DNA of 64,000 bases from an uncultured bacterium (GTDB lineage: Bacteria; Patescibacteriota; Microgenomatia; UBA1400; UBA12108). Both the position numbers and the translations under genes were made by a program. A model generated the notes under the pieces. That model ran no database searches and was not told where the DNA came from. It worked only from the letters and a program-made list of their open reading frames with translations. The DNA lies in assembly GCA_903945195.1 (NCBI GenBank), contig CAJAUT010000009.1, forward strand, positions 23,231 to 87,230, written 5' to 3'. Below are positions 9,806 to 20,011 of this stretch, in pieces (position 1 is the first letter of the stretch; every line of letters starts with the position of its first letter).

Positions 9806-11584
9806 ATGATATCAGACATGAAGAAAATTAAAAATCTAGTCATTCACAAGATTGCTAAGGAGCAAAGATTTAGTCACGTATTTGGATTTTTTTTGTTGGG
9901 AATACTGACTGGTGTAGCGCTACTTGTGGGACTGGCAAGAATCACTTGGCATACAAAATTTTATCCTGGCGTTCAAATAGCTTCTATACCTGTAGCTGGT
10001 TTGACTCGTGAGCAGGCGAAAAGTTTGATAACTGAAAAAACCGATATGTATTCGGCCCAGCTCATTTTTAATGGGACCGCCTGGTATACAACTCCACAAA
10101 GCGTGACATATGAAATAGAGAGCACAATAAATGAGGCTTATACATATGGTAGAAGGATGCAAATCCAAGACTATCTGCTACTTTTGACTGGCAACAAGAC
10201 CAACTATCCACTAAAACTAGCCATGGGCAAAACTGACAAGCTAGAGCAGTTGATCCAAGACATCGCTAGCTCTATAGAGATCTCCCCTATTGAGCCTACT
10301 GTAACTCTGATAAAAGAAAAAATTGTCGTAAACAATGGGTCTGATGGGACGATAATTGACTCGGAAAAACTTGACCAAAGTATAAGAGATAACTATAGCC
10401 AGTTGAGTGATAAACCAATAGAGGTGCCTACCAAAGTGGTGAAGAGATCGATGAATAATGAGGAACTCTCGCTTTTGACCAAGAGAGCTGAGTCTCTAGT
10501 GGGCAAAAACTTAAAATTATCACTTGATGACGAAAAAATTCAACTAAGTGACAAAGAACTCGTAGCTTTTCTTTCGACTGAGGAAAGTGGAGAAAAACTC
10601 GATTCTGCCAAAATTGAGGAGTATGTAATTGGGCTGTCTGAGAGTTTAAATAAAGAGCCACAAGATGCTAAGTTTGAGTTTGCAGATGGCAAAGTCAATG
10701 AATTTTTGCCCGGAAAAGATGGAGTAGAAGTTAGCGTACAGCTTACGGCAGACGGCGTACAGCAAGGTATTGAGAAATTAATGGAGACAGAGAATAAAGG
10801 TGAAAATATAGAGATAGCAGTCACTAGGACAGCGCCAAAAGTAACTACTGAAAAAGTAAATGAACTGGGGATCCGCGAGCGAATAGGGCGAGGTGAGTCG
10901 TATTATGCTCACTCGATCCCAAACCGTATATATAATGTGGGACTGGCTTCGTCTCGTATAAATAGTGCTCTTGTGCCACCTGGTGAAGAAGTGAGTTTTA
11001 ATAAAATGGTGGGTGAGGTATCTGGCGAGACAGGATATAGACCTGCTTATATCATCTCTGGTGGACGTACGATCCTAGGGGACGGAGGTGGGTTATGCCA
11101 AGTGTCTACAACTATGTTTAGGGCTGCGATGAGTGCAGGACTTCCCATACTTGAGCGCTGGGGTCATGCCTACCGCGTATCGTACTACGAACTAAATAGT
11201 AAACCTGGAGTGGATGCGACAGTAATTGCACCATCTAAAGACTTTAGGTTTAAAAATGATACCCCAGGCCATATCCTGATCCAAACGATCAACGATCCCA
11301 AAGCTTTGCATTTGGTCATAGAAATTTATGGCACGTCGGACGGTCGCGTGGCGACTACAACAGAACCAAAGGTATGGGGTATCACCCCCCCACTACCTAC
11401 AATTTACCAAGATGATCCTTCTATGCCAGCTGGAACAATGAAACAGGTGGACTGGTCGGCACCCGGAGCTAAAGCTAGCTTTGATTATAAAGTCATGAGA
11501 AATGGTGAGACTCTACAAGAGAAAACTTTTAGCACTACTTACCGCGCTTGGGCTTCCGTGTTTATGAAGGGAACGAGAATATAA
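9806..11584 (+). CDS. VanW-family protein
   Basis: C-terminal GDGGGLCQVSTTMFRAAMSAGLPILERWGHAYRVSYY matches the VanW domain signature (GGGVCQVSTTLYNAA...R.NHS). N-terminal TM anchor. Confidence 0.7.
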   Translation: MISDMKKIKNLVIHKIAKEQRFSHVFGFFLLGILTGVALLVGLARITWHTKFYPGVQIASIPVAGLTREQAKSLITEKTDMYSAQLIFNGTAWYTTPQSVTYEIESTINEAYTYGRRMQIQDYLLLLTGNKTNYPLKLAMGKTDKLEQLIQDIASSIEISPIEPTVTLIKEKIVVNNGSDGTIIDSEKLDQSIRDNYSQLSDKPIEVPTKVVKRSMNNEELSLLTKRAESLVGKNLKLSLDDEKIQLSDKELVAFLSTEESGEKLDSAKIEEYVIGLSESLNKEPQDAKFEFADGKVNEFLPGKDGVEVSVQLTADGVQQGIEKLMETENKGENIEIAVTRTAPKVTTEKVNELGIRERIGRGESYYAHSIPNRIYNVGLASSRINSALVPPGEEVSFNKMVGEVSGETGYRPAYIISGGRTILGDGGGLCQVSTTMFRAAMSAGLPILERWGHAYRVSYYELNSKPGVDATVIAPSKDFRFKNDTPGHILIQTINDPKALHLVIEIYGTSDGRVATTTEPKVWGITPPLPTIYQDDPSMPAGTMKQVDWSAPGAKASFDYKVMRNGETLQEKTFSTTYRAWASVFMKGTRI

Positions 11585-11601
11585 TCTGGTAAAATATCTC
11601 C

Positions 11602-13956
11602 ATGGACAGCAAATTTGACCACAAGATAGTAGAAAAAGATATTTATGAGGCTTGGGAGAAGTCTGGGGCGTTCCAGCCTAGCTTACAGCCTACAGCAAAC
11701 GGCATACAGCAAAGGCCATTCACGATAGTTTTGCCCCCACCAAATGCTTCTGGCAAGATGCACATGGGTAACGTACTCATGATCGCGATTGAAGACCTGA
11801 TGATCCGCTACCACCGCATGAAAGGCGACCCTACCCTTTGGATCCCAGGTACAGACCATGCAGGATTTGAGACTCAGATCACGTACGAACGCGAACTAAA
11901 GAAACAAGGTAAATCACGCTTTGAGTTTGATAGAGAAACGCTTTACCAAAATATCTGGGAGTTCGTACAAAGTAACAAATCTCAGATCGAGGGACAGATC
12001 CGCCAAATGGGAGCATCTGTTGACTGGAGTAGATACACATTTACACTAGATCCTCATGTTGTCTCGACTGTTTATTCTACTTTTGCCAAGATGCACAAGG
12101 AAGGACTAGTGTATAGGGACAACTACATGGTGAACTACTGCCCCAAGTGTGGCACTACTTTTGCTGACCTAGAAATAATGCACGAGGATAGAGTAGACAA
12201 GCTTTATTACATCAAATACAAAATGGTGGGTAGTGAAGATGGTGTGGTCGTGGCCACCGTGCGACCTGAGACCATCATGCTAGATACCCACATGGCCGTG
12301 CACCCGGATAATAAAAAGACTAAACATTTGATTGGTAAAAAAGTAATCAATCCATTATCTCTAAAAGAGATGGAGATCATAGCCGACTCATTTGTAGACC
12401 CAGAATTTGGGACAGGTATAGTCAAACTGACCCCAGCTCATGACAAAAATGATTATGAGGCGGCGAAGAAACATAATTTACCTGTCATCATAGGGATCTC
12501 TATGGACGGCAAGATGACAAGTGAAGCCGGTAAGTGGGCTGGTAAATCGGTCTTTACAGCGCGTAAAGAAGTGGTTGAAGAACTGCAGATACTTGGTGCG
12601 ATAGATAAAATCAACGAGAAATACGAACACGCTGTGACTGTGTGTTACAAAGGCGGACATGATATAGAACCTATGATCCTACCCAACTGGTTTGTGAAAG
12701 TAGAGTCTCTAAAGAAACCGGCCCTTGAAGCGGTAGAGAGCGGCAAAGTAAAGATATATCCAGAATGGCGCAAGATCACCTACACCAAGTGGATGGAGGA
12801 GATGCATGACTGGCCGATCTCACGACAAGTTGTGTGGGGCATCCGAATACCAGTATGGTACAAGGTCGGACAATCGGAAAATTCAGAAGGTCAGAATGTC
12901 GGAAAGTCAGAAAATCAGAATATTCAGATTACTTTTTTGGCGAAAAATCACAAAAGTTCCGACCACTCGCCTAAAATCACGCAAGGGTCGGAACTGTCAC
13001 ACAAGCCGGTGGTTGTTTCAGGTCGAGTTGGTGAACTGCTACAAAATTATAGTTTTGAGGAAATAAGAGATGGACTGCAAACACTGATCGCACCAGCTGG
13101 ATGTGAGTCTATCGTGAATGAGACGTGCCCAGGGGACGGGTACCTACAAGAAACCGATACCTTTGATACTTGGTTCTCTAGTGGTCACTGGCCGCTAGTA
13201 ACTCTGAAATATCCAGAATCTGAAGACTTTAAGAAATTTTATCCAACGTCTGTACTTGAGACTGGGTGGGAGATCATCCGTTTCTGGGTGTCGCGCATGA
13301 TCATGTTTGGGATATATCTGACAGGTGAGCCTCCATTTGAATATGTCTACCTCCACGGCATGGTGCGGGCGGCTGATGGCAAAAAAATGAGCAAGTCTCT
13401 AGGCAATGTGATAAATCCTGACGAGTACATGGAGCAGTACGGGGTGGATGCCCTGCGCATGGGACTGATTGCAGGTACTGCGACAGGTAAAGATTTTTCT
13501 TTCCCTAAAGACAAGATCACGGCATATCGCAACTTTGGGAACAAGCTCTGGAATATGGCAAGATTTTTCTTGATGATGCAAGAAAAATCTGGAATCACAA
13601 ATCTTAAATTCTCCAATTCTCAAATGGAGGGATTAACTGCGCGAGATAATGAAATTATAAAAATGTTAAATGAGACGATAAATAGTGTGGACAAGTTACT
13701 TGGCGAGTTTAGATTTGCAGAAGCTGGTGACACCATCTACCACTTTATGTGGGATGAGGTGGCAGCGAAATATCTCGAAGAGGTAAAGACGCGCGAAGAC
13801 TTGGGAGTGGCACTATCTGTACTACGACACGTTATCTTAACTGGGCTAAAGCTACTACACCCCTTTATGCCGTTTGTGACTGAGGCGATATGGAAAGAAA
13901 TGCCTAGGAAGCATGATGAGATGCTAATTATTAGTAAGTGGCCTGAAGTTAAGTAA
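11602..13956 (+). CDS. valS: Valyl-tRNA synthetase, with an in-frame repeat/low-complexity insertion
   Basis: HIGH-region PPPNASGKMHMGNVL, KMSKS motif, DTWFSSGHWP typical of ValRS; 784 aa. It includes a family C palindrome plus a SENSEGQNVGKSENQ low-complexity stretch at about 12870..12995. Confidence 0.88.
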   Translation: MDSKFDHKIVEKDIYEAWEKSGAFQPSLQPTANGIQQRPFTIVLPPPNASGKMHMGNVLMIAIEDLMIRYHRMKGDPTLWIPGTDHAGFETQITYERELKKQGKSRFEFDRETLYQNIWEFVQSNKSQIEGQIRQMGASVDWSRYTFTLDPHVVSTVYSTFAKMHKEGLVYRDNYMVNYCPKCGTTFADLEIMHEDRVDKLYYIKYKMVGSEDGVVVATVRPETIMLDTHMAVHPDNKKTKHLIGKKVINPLSLKEMEIIADSFVDPEFGTGIVKLTPAHDKNDYEAAKKHNLPVIIGISMDGKMTSEAGKWAGKSVFTARKEVVEELQILGAIDKINEKYEHAVTVCYKGGHDIEPMILPNWFVKVESLKKPALEAVESGKVKIYPEWRKITYTKWMEEMHDWPISRQVVWGIRIPVWYKVGQSENSEGQNVGKSENQNIQITFLAKNHKSSDHSPKITQGSELSHKPVVVSGRVGELLQNYSFEEIRDGLQTLIAPAGCESIVNETCPGDGYLQETDTFDTWFSSGHWPLVTLKYPESEDFKKFYPTSVLETGWEIIRFWVSRMIMFGIYLTGEPPFEYVYLHGMVRAADGKKMSKSLGNVINPDEYMEQYGVDALRMGLIAGTATGKDFSFPKDKITAYRNFGNKLWNMARFFLMMQEKSGITNLKFSNSQMEGLTARDNEIIKMLNETINSVDKLLGEFRFAEAGDTIYHFMWDEVAAKYLEEVKTREDLGVALSVLRHVILTGLKLLHPFMPFVTEAIWKEMPRKHDEMLIISKWPEVK
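12954..12995. repeat. Short palindromic repeat, family C (copy C2), in-frame inside valS
   Basis: aagttccgaccactcgcctaaaatcacgcaagggtcggaact, 42 bp (14 codons); near-identical to copy C3 at 34776..34817. Confidence 0.65.
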
Positions 13957-13959
13957 TTT

Positions 13960-14171
13960 TGTAAATTTCTGGGAAAAATACTTTTAAATACATGATGCCA
14001 GGCGGCGCCAAAGGTGGATGGCTTGGATTTGAGAGTTTGCTTAATTTCTGCGACAGAGAACCATTTGAAGCCTACGGATTCGTGATTGAGGACGGGAGTG
14101 CCTTCAAAAGGAATTTGATAAACCAAGAAAAGATGATTTTCATGGCTGATGATGTCTAGTTGTTCATCCAT
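13960..14171 (-). pseudogene. Possible NUDIX-hydrolase C-terminal remnant. No Nudix box is present, and the ORF has no proper stop before running antisense into valS.
   Basis: MDEQLDIISHENHLFLVYQIPFEGTPVLNHESVGFKWFSVAEI resembles the C-terminal beta-strands of Nudix folds. It starts 3 bp after the Fic stop; the rest of the track ORF (to 13737) is antisense to valS. Confidence 0.25.
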
Positions 14172-14173
14172 AT

Positions 14174-15202
14174 CTACCTCACCTTTGCTAGGATGTAATA
14201 TGTAGAGGGACCAGAGCCTATTTTTTCTAGAATTTTTAATTTTAGTAATCTAGATATGTGAGATTGAGCTGTCCGTTTAGGAATATATAGAATGTCAGCT
14301 ACGTCAGAACTCGTGATTTTATCTAGTGTTACTACAAAGTCTATAATTTTAAGATCTCCGACAGATAGCTTGCGCTCATGTAATGAACCAGTCCCTGCAA
14401 GTAGAGAATTGATTGATTCTTGGAGATGTAGAGCTTCAACCCAAAATCCTTTTACAAAATATGATATCCAAGATGTGAGATCCTCGCGACCATTTTGAAG
14501 TGCTTCATAATATGATCTACGATCTAGGTTGTAGTATTCTTCAAGTACTAGTCCGCGACGAAAGTCCCATCCTGACTGATAAAGAGAGAGGAGTGTGAGT
14601 AGTCTGCCTGTACGACCATTACCGTCGACAAATGGGTGAATAGATTCAAACTCAAAATGGAGGATGGCGGCACGAATAACTGGGTGAATATGAGGATTGT
14701 TGTTGTGCCACTGTAGCAGTTTTGTGACTAGAGATTTAACCTGCTTGGGTTCTGGTGGAGTATAGACTATTTGGTCTGGCAATCCGGGAGCTGAATTAAC
14801 TATATATACTGGAGCTGTGCGAAACATGCCTGCTTTACTATCAGGTAGTAGTTTTTGCATAGTGATTTGATGAATTTGCAGAAGATCGGCTAAATCAAGT
14901 GTATTTTTTTTTGATAATGATTCAACTTCTGATATAGCTAAAAGATAATTTTCGACCTCTAGTCGATCTTTTGCCGGGGCGAGAAGTGACTGCTTGCTTG
15001 CAATCTTCTCAACGTCTGGCTCAGATAGAGTATTGCCCTCGATGCTAGTACTGCTATGTGCCATTTTGATAATGGCGCGGCGACGGAAAATAGTTTCGCG
15101 TACTGGTAATATCTTGGCTTGCACGATTTTACCCCTAATTTCGGCTATGTCTGATAACCAGGTTAATATTTCATCTGTAATCTGGTACTTCGGATTATAC
15201 AT
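14174..15202 (-). CDS. Fic/DOC family protein with a C-terminal winged-HTH
   Basis: Canonical Fic motif HPFVDGNGRTGRLL. C-terminal DLKIIDFVV...SHISRLLKLKILEK is wHTH-like. Contains an A9 tract in its coding sequence. Confidence 0.85.
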   Translation of the reverse strand: MYNPKYQITDEILTWLSDIAEIRGKIVQAKILPVRETIFRRRAIIKMAHSSTSIEGNTLSEPDVEKIASKQSLLAPAKDRLEVENYLLAISEVESLSKKNTLDLADLLQIHQITMQKLLPDSKAGMFRTAPVYIVNSAPGLPDQIVYTPPEPKQVKSLVTKLLQWHNNNPHIHPVIRAAILHFEFESIHPFVDGNGRTGRLLTLLSLYQSGWDFRRGLVLEEYYNLDRRSYYEALQNGREDLTSWISYFVKGFWVEALHLQESINSLLAGTGSLHERKLSVGDLKIIDFVVTLDKITSSDVADILYIPKRTAQSHISRLLKLKILEKIGSGPSTYYILAKVR

Positions 15203-15255
15203 AGGGTGATTATATCACATATCGTGCAATAATCGCGCAGGTTTATGTGCAATAA

Positions 15256-16149
15256 TTATTTGGCTATTTCCGCCAGCAAGTATTCATTTGGACCCCAAGA
15301 TGCAATCAATTCTTTGGTGATGGGGACAGCAATTTTCCAGAGAGACTGATGGATCTGCGCGATAGAGTCTGCTAGATTTTGTGATCGGATCTTAAGCCCC
15401 CAGACCTCATTACCTTTAACTGAGACTATCCAGGTGCGATTACCCTTAACCCGAATATTGAGAGATAATCCCTGCATTTCAAATGGCAGATAACGATACT
15501 GCACTCTATCTAGATAATGAGGATTGCGCTCGACCTGGTAGCTAAGCACATGCTTGCTCCAAGGAGTGATGGGGGTCAGATTGTATTCCATTGATTTGCC
15601 CTTTGACCAGAGCTTGATACCCTTGTCGATACCCTTGTTCATTGCTTTACTGCCTGTGGCGTCCATTGGAACTTGATAATCAAAAACATAAATATCCTGG
15701 TCAACATCATCATAATCAAACATGACCTTGTTGGCGCCTTCCATCCCGGGGAAAAACTGGAAGTCGGCATTTGTCTCGTCTTTTAAATATTCTTTTTTTA
15801 GATAAGGCAAAATCTCGACTATGTCTACTTCCTGCTTTACCAGGCTTTCGCGTTTTTTCCAGAGAATTTCGCGTAAAGCGCTTGGATTTCTGGCTTTTAC
15901 TTTTGTTTGCTGCTTCATGAGACCGGTGGCGGACTCTAGCTCGATGAGACCTTTGAGTGCGAGATCTGTGAGCACGGCATAGACAGTCGTGCGAGGCACC
16001 CCCGTCTCTTTGGCTATGGCAAAGGGAGAGGTTTCACCTAGACGAAGTGCGGACTGATAGACTGTTGACTCGTTTTCTGAGAGCCCAAATTCTTTGAGTA
16101 CTTGAGTAGATCTTTTGATAATATCCATCCTTCGACTCCTTGCAGTCAC
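15256..16149 (-). CDS. TrmB-like transcriptional regulator (paralog 1 of 3)
   Basis: N-terminal wHTH (ESTVYQSALRLGETSPFAIAKETGVPRTTVYAVLTDLALKGLIE) plus a C-terminal domain shared with the ORFs at 21855 and 27649 (GxEGxxK ... IHQSLWKIA). Confidence 0.6.
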   Translation of the reverse strand: MTARSRRMDIIKRSTQVLKEFGLSENESTVYQSALRLGETSPFAIAKETGVPRTTVYAVLTDLALKGLIELESATGLMKQQTKVKARNPSALREILWKKRESLVKQEVDIVEILPYLKKEYLKDETNADFQFFPGMEGANKVMFDYDDVDQDIYVFDYQVPMDATGSKAMNKGIDKGIKLWSKGKSMEYNLTPITPWSKHVLSYQVERNPHYLDRVQYRYLPFEMQGLSLNIRVKGNRTWIVSVKGNEVWGLKIRSQNLADSIAQIHQSLWKIAVPITKELIASWGPNEYLLAEIAK

Positions 16150-16260
16150 TCAGGATCTGCGATATCTGTTTATATATGACGACATTGTTCGTCACTTTTG
16201 ACAGTGTATCATAAAGTGAGTATTATTGGCAAATATATTTAAGACAGTTAGGAGAAATAT

Positions 16261-17034
16261 ATGTGTACACAAGCTGTAAAGAGAGTAAATGATACCTGGT
16301 ACCTCATGAAGACGCGCGATCCAGTGTCGTGGATGAGATACGAAGATGAAATTACTTTATTTGAATCCCCTACTGACAAATTTAAAAAGCTGATCATCCA
16401 GAATCCAGTCCCTTATGAGGATGGATATTATGGTGGAATAAATGAAAATGGAGTAGCTTTTATCTCTACATTTGTTCGCACTAGTGATGATCAGATCTCT
16501 TATATTAGAAAGCCTTATATAAGGCTGATACTTGATGCTAAAAATGCTAAAGAAGCTGTAGAGATTATCAAGTCGTTTAATCCAAAAATTGGTGGAAACA
16601 TGTTTGTGGCTGACGAAGTCCAATGTTTTGGGATTGAGGCAACGGCCAAAGAATATTTTGTAGAAGAGATAACAGAGTCTAGTGTGAAAGCGAATCACTT
16701 TAGTCATTTACCTGATCGAAACTTGAATTTTGACAAAGATCCAGAATTTGAGAAGTGGTCTAAAACACATGAGGTTAGGGCTCGAGAGCTAGTAACTGGG
16801 ATTAAAACATTAGATGATTGTGAAAAACTATTGTCAGATAGAGAAAACTGCGAGAACAAGATGGCAATCTGTACGACACCGGCAGAAGCTAAAGTGTTTA
16901 CGTATTCTGCGATGATTTTTGATACAAAAAATAAATTGATTCGTTATGCGCAAGGTTGCCCAAGTGAAGTAGGATTTAAAGAATACTCTTTCGATAAATT
17001 ACCTGGCAAGCATAATGTAAAACAAATTGACTAA
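16261..17034 (+). CDS. Putative N-terminal-nucleophile (Ntn) hydrolase with Cys2 (choloylglycine hydrolase/C45/C69-like)
   Basis: The protein starts Met-Cys-Thr (MCTQ...), the hallmark of Cys-Ntn hydrolases, and has a GGINENGVAF segment reminiscent of CBAH/AAT families. The family assignment is uncertain. Confidence 0.4.
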   Translation: MCTQAVKRVNDTWYLMKTRDPVSWMRYEDEITLFESPTDKFKKLIIQNPVPYEDGYYGGINENGVAFISTFVRTSDDQISYIRKPYIRLILDAKNAKEAVEIIKSFNPKIGGNMFVADEVQCFGIEATAKEYFVEEITESSVKANHFSHLPDRNLNFDKDPEFEKWSKTHEVRARELVTGIKTLDDCEKLLSDRENCENKMAICTTPAEAKVFTYSAMIFDTKNKLIRYAQGCPSEVGFKEYSFDKLPGKHNVKQID

Positions 17035-17584
17035 GGGATATAATAACTATATGAAAAAAGCAGTAATACTACATAGCTGGTTTAGCACTCCAAATAGTAA
17101 TTGGTACCCATGGCTAAAGAGTGAGTTTGAAAAGAAAGGTTATGAAGTATGGTCGCCTGAAATACCTACTATGCCTACTGATAGCCCGGATATGGAGACC
17201 ATGCTCGAATATATCGTTGGTAAAAAATTCGTAGACAAAGATACTGTTGTGATAGGACATAGCCTGGGCTCTGTGCTGGCTATGAGGCTTGCAGAAATAG
17301 TTAAGTTTAAAACTGCCATACTTCTATCTAACTGGGATTACAACGACCTGACGCCAGAACACCAGAGTTTTTGGAAGACACCAGTAAATCACGCCTTGAT
17401 CAAAAGCAATGTAGAAAAAATTGTTTGCCCAATATCTGACAATGACCCATACGTTACAAAAATAATTGCTCATGAAATGGCAGTAAGACTCGGAGCGACA
17501 GCGATTGATGTAGGGCCAAAGGGACACTTTTTAACAAAAGATGATGGGGTGAAAGAAGTGCCTGAAATACTAGAGTTTGTATAG
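17027..17584 (+). CDS. Alpha/beta serine hydrolase (YdeN/RBBP9-like)
   Basis: GHSLGS nucleophile elbow and a short (about 180 aa) alpha/beta fold. The likely start is the internal Met at 17054 (MKKAVILHSWF). Confidence 0.55.
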   Translation: MTKGYNNYMKKAVILHSWFSTPNSNWYPWLKSEFEKKGYEVWSPEIPTMPTDSPDMETMLEYIVGKKFVDKDTVVIGHSLGSVLAMRLAEIVKFKTAILLSNWDYNDLTPEHQSFWKTPVNHALIKSNVEKIVCPISDNDPYVTKIIAHEMAVRLGATAIDVGPKGHFLTKDDGVKEVPEILEFV

Positions 17585-17607
17585 ATTTTTCGGATACAAT
17601 AACTATC

Positions 17608-18792
17608 ATGAGTTTGCAGAAGATTTCTGAGCGAAATATTAAAACGTTTTATATCGTAGAGAGCTGCAGGTCACTGGTATTTATTATCCCAATGTGGATT
17701 GCGTTTTTACAGAATAGAATCTCAACTAGTGAGATTGCTATTTATGTGTCAATGCTACTCTTGACTCAACTGCTCCTGGAGCTACCAACTGGAGCTTTTG
17801 CGGATCTGGTAGGTAAGAGGGTCACAATAATCATTGCTTATGGAGTAGATGCCATCCAGTATCTCCTGTTTGGATTTGCTCATACGTTCGTACAGTTTAT
17901 AGTTTTGGCTGCCATATCTGGGCTTGCAGAAGCACTGAGGTCTGGGTCTCTTGAGGCTATTGTGTATGACTCGCTCAAGCAAGATGGTAAAGAAGAAAGT
18001 TTTCGCAAAGTGATGGCCAACCAAGGAACTAGGTTTCAAATTGGGTTGATCTTGGCGACTTTGATAGGTGGATATGTGGCGCCTTACTGGGCCCCCCTTC
18101 CATTTATTCTGAGTGGGATCCCACTGGTTATCGCAGCATTGATGTCGTATAGATTTATTGAACCAAAAATAGACCTAGAAATATTTACTCTCAAAAATTA
18201 CTTGTGGAAAATAAAAATGGGTTCGATGGAGGCATTTAAGACTGTGCGACATAGATATATGTCTCTATATTATATTGCGGTAGGGTCGATCTCTTGGATG
18301 TGTGCTACATATTTTAGTGATTATGTACTGATAGATTTGGGATTTGATACGAGTATGCGTGGAGTAATATCGAGTGGAATTCGAATAATAAATGTAGTTT
18401 TAATCTATAAGTTACTTAGTAATGAGAAGTTGTTTTCATTTCGAAATACCATTATATTTTTCCCGATTATTATGGTGCTTGGATTATTGCCTGGACAGTG
18501 GCTATTTGGTGTGTGGGGTATACCTTTTGTGGGGATAGTCATGATGTCTTCTACTGCCAGGTGGATACTACTTGGAAAGTATACCAATGCAGTTTTTGAG
18601 TCTAAATACCGGGCGACGGCAATATCTACCTTGTCGATGGCAATAGGGATAGTATATGTGATTGGAGTGACGATATCTGGGCCGATTATGGAGAGATACG
18701 GAGATTCTAGGCTGATATATACCCTACTAGGTATCCTGTCGCTAATTACACTGCCTCCTCTAGCTTATAAAGTGCTAAAAAATTATGAATAA
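17608..18792 (+). CDS. MFS transporter (paralog 1)
   Basis: 394 aa, about 12 TM segments, with the MFS motif-A-like LELPTGAFADLVGKR. Confidence 0.8.
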   Translation: MSLQKISERNIKTFYIVESCRSLVFIIPMWIAFLQNRISTSEIAIYVSMLLLTQLLLELPTGAFADLVGKRVTIIIAYGVDAIQYLLFGFAHTFVQFIVLAAISGLAEALRSGSLEAIVYDSLKQDGKEESFRKVMANQGTRFQIGLILATLIGGYVAPYWAPLPFILSGIPLVIAALMSYRFIEPKIDLEIFTLKNYLWKIKMGSMEAFKTVRHRYMSLYYIAVGSISWMCATYFSDYVLIDLGFDTSMRGVISSGIRIINVVLIYKLLSNEKLFSFRNTIIFFPIIMVLGLLPGQWLFGVWGIPFVGIVMMSSTARWILLGKYTNAVFESKYRATAISTLSMAIGIVYVIGVTISGPIMERYGDSRLIYTLLGILSLITLPPLAYKVLKNYE

Positions 18793-19969
18793 AAATCTTA
18801 AGCTAGCTGTCCCACTTTCTTTCATGAGTATGATATTTTTCCCGAGTGCGACGTGGATGTTTTTCATGTTGCAACACCTCAACTTCCAGCAGATTGCGAC
18901 GATTATGGGGATCGGGGCTATAGCCTCTATAGTCATGGAGATACCGACCGGGGTATTTGCGGACATGGTTGGTCGCAAATGGGCGATTGCTCTTTCGTAT
19001 TTTTTGTTTACGACTGCCATGATTTGGATGACTATGGCGACTAGCTATACGACATTTCTTTTAATAACTCTAGTTAATTGTTTGGTAAATACCCTTTATT
19101 CGGGAAGTATGGAAGCCCTGCTTTATGACACGCTAAAACAGGATAAAAAAGAAGGCGAATTTGATCACTGGACTAGTCGGATGGAGTCGGTTACGTGGCT
19201 AGGACTATTTTTAAGTACGGTGATTGGTGGATATTTGCACATGATGAATCCCAACTTTCCATACTTTGCTGAGGCCGTGGTGATGGGAATCGCCACCATA
19301 CTCTCCCTCATGCTTGTCGAGCCTAGGATAGATAGTATTAAATACAAGGCTAGTGACGTCTGGAAGAATAATTTCTTGGGTTTTAAAGAGCTTTTTGCCA
19401 CTTCAAAAATGAGATATTTGACAGCAATATTTGTGGTCATAGGGGTAGGTTATGTAGTGGCGGCTGACATCCTAGGGATCTCACAGGCAAGAGAGTATGG
19501 ACTGGATGCGCAGACCGTAGGATGGGTGTTTGGTGTAGGGTATATCATTTCTGCACTTGCCTCCCATTTTTATCCAAAGCTTAGGAAAATGACTGGCTCA
19601 ATGCGGCTAGTATGGGGATCGGCTACTTTTTTGATAATTAGTTTTGTACTAGCTAAGTATGTAGGTGCGTGGGCTGGGGTGGGACTGATAGTCTTGCGGA
19701 TTGCTAGCTCTACTACGTTTAGAAATAGTAGATCAGTGCTTATAAATAGTGAGATAGGTTCTGCAAATAGAGCTACTACCCTGTCTACTCTCACTTTACT
19801 GACAAATATCCCCTATGCCCTGTCTGCTATTTGGATAGGAGGATATATCGATCGCACTAGTCCAAATCAGTTTGCGTGGATACTGGGGGTGGGAATGATT
19901 TTCTCATTAGGTGTTCTGCAACTAATTAAAATTCTGATGAACCCTATCAACGTAATGAAAGAACACTGA
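18785..19969 (+). CDS. MFS transporter (paralog 2, tandem)
   Basis: 394 aa with EIPTGVFADMVGRK; overlaps the preceding MFS stop by 8 bp. Confidence 0.8.
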   Translation: MNKNLKLAVPLSFMSMIFFPSATWMFFMLQHLNFQQIATIMGIGAIASIVMEIPTGVFADMVGRKWAIALSYFLFTTAMIWMTMATSYTTFLLITLVNCLVNTLYSGSMEALLYDTLKQDKKEGEFDHWTSRMESVTWLGLFLSTVIGGYLHMMNPNFPYFAEAVVMGIATILSLMLVEPRIDSIKYKASDVWKNNFLGFKELFATSKMRYLTAIFVVIGVGYVVAADILGISQAREYGLDAQTVGWVFGVGYIISALASHFYPKLRKMTGSMRLVWGSATFLIISFVLAKYVGAWAGVGLIVLRIASSTTFRNSRSVLINSEIGSANRATTLSTLTLLTNIPYALSAIWIGGYIDRTSPNQFAWILGVGMIFSLGVLQLIKILMNPINVMKEH

Positions 19970-20011
19970 ATTACTTGACAACTATGGAGTGTAACGTTAT
20001 ACTTTATAGTT

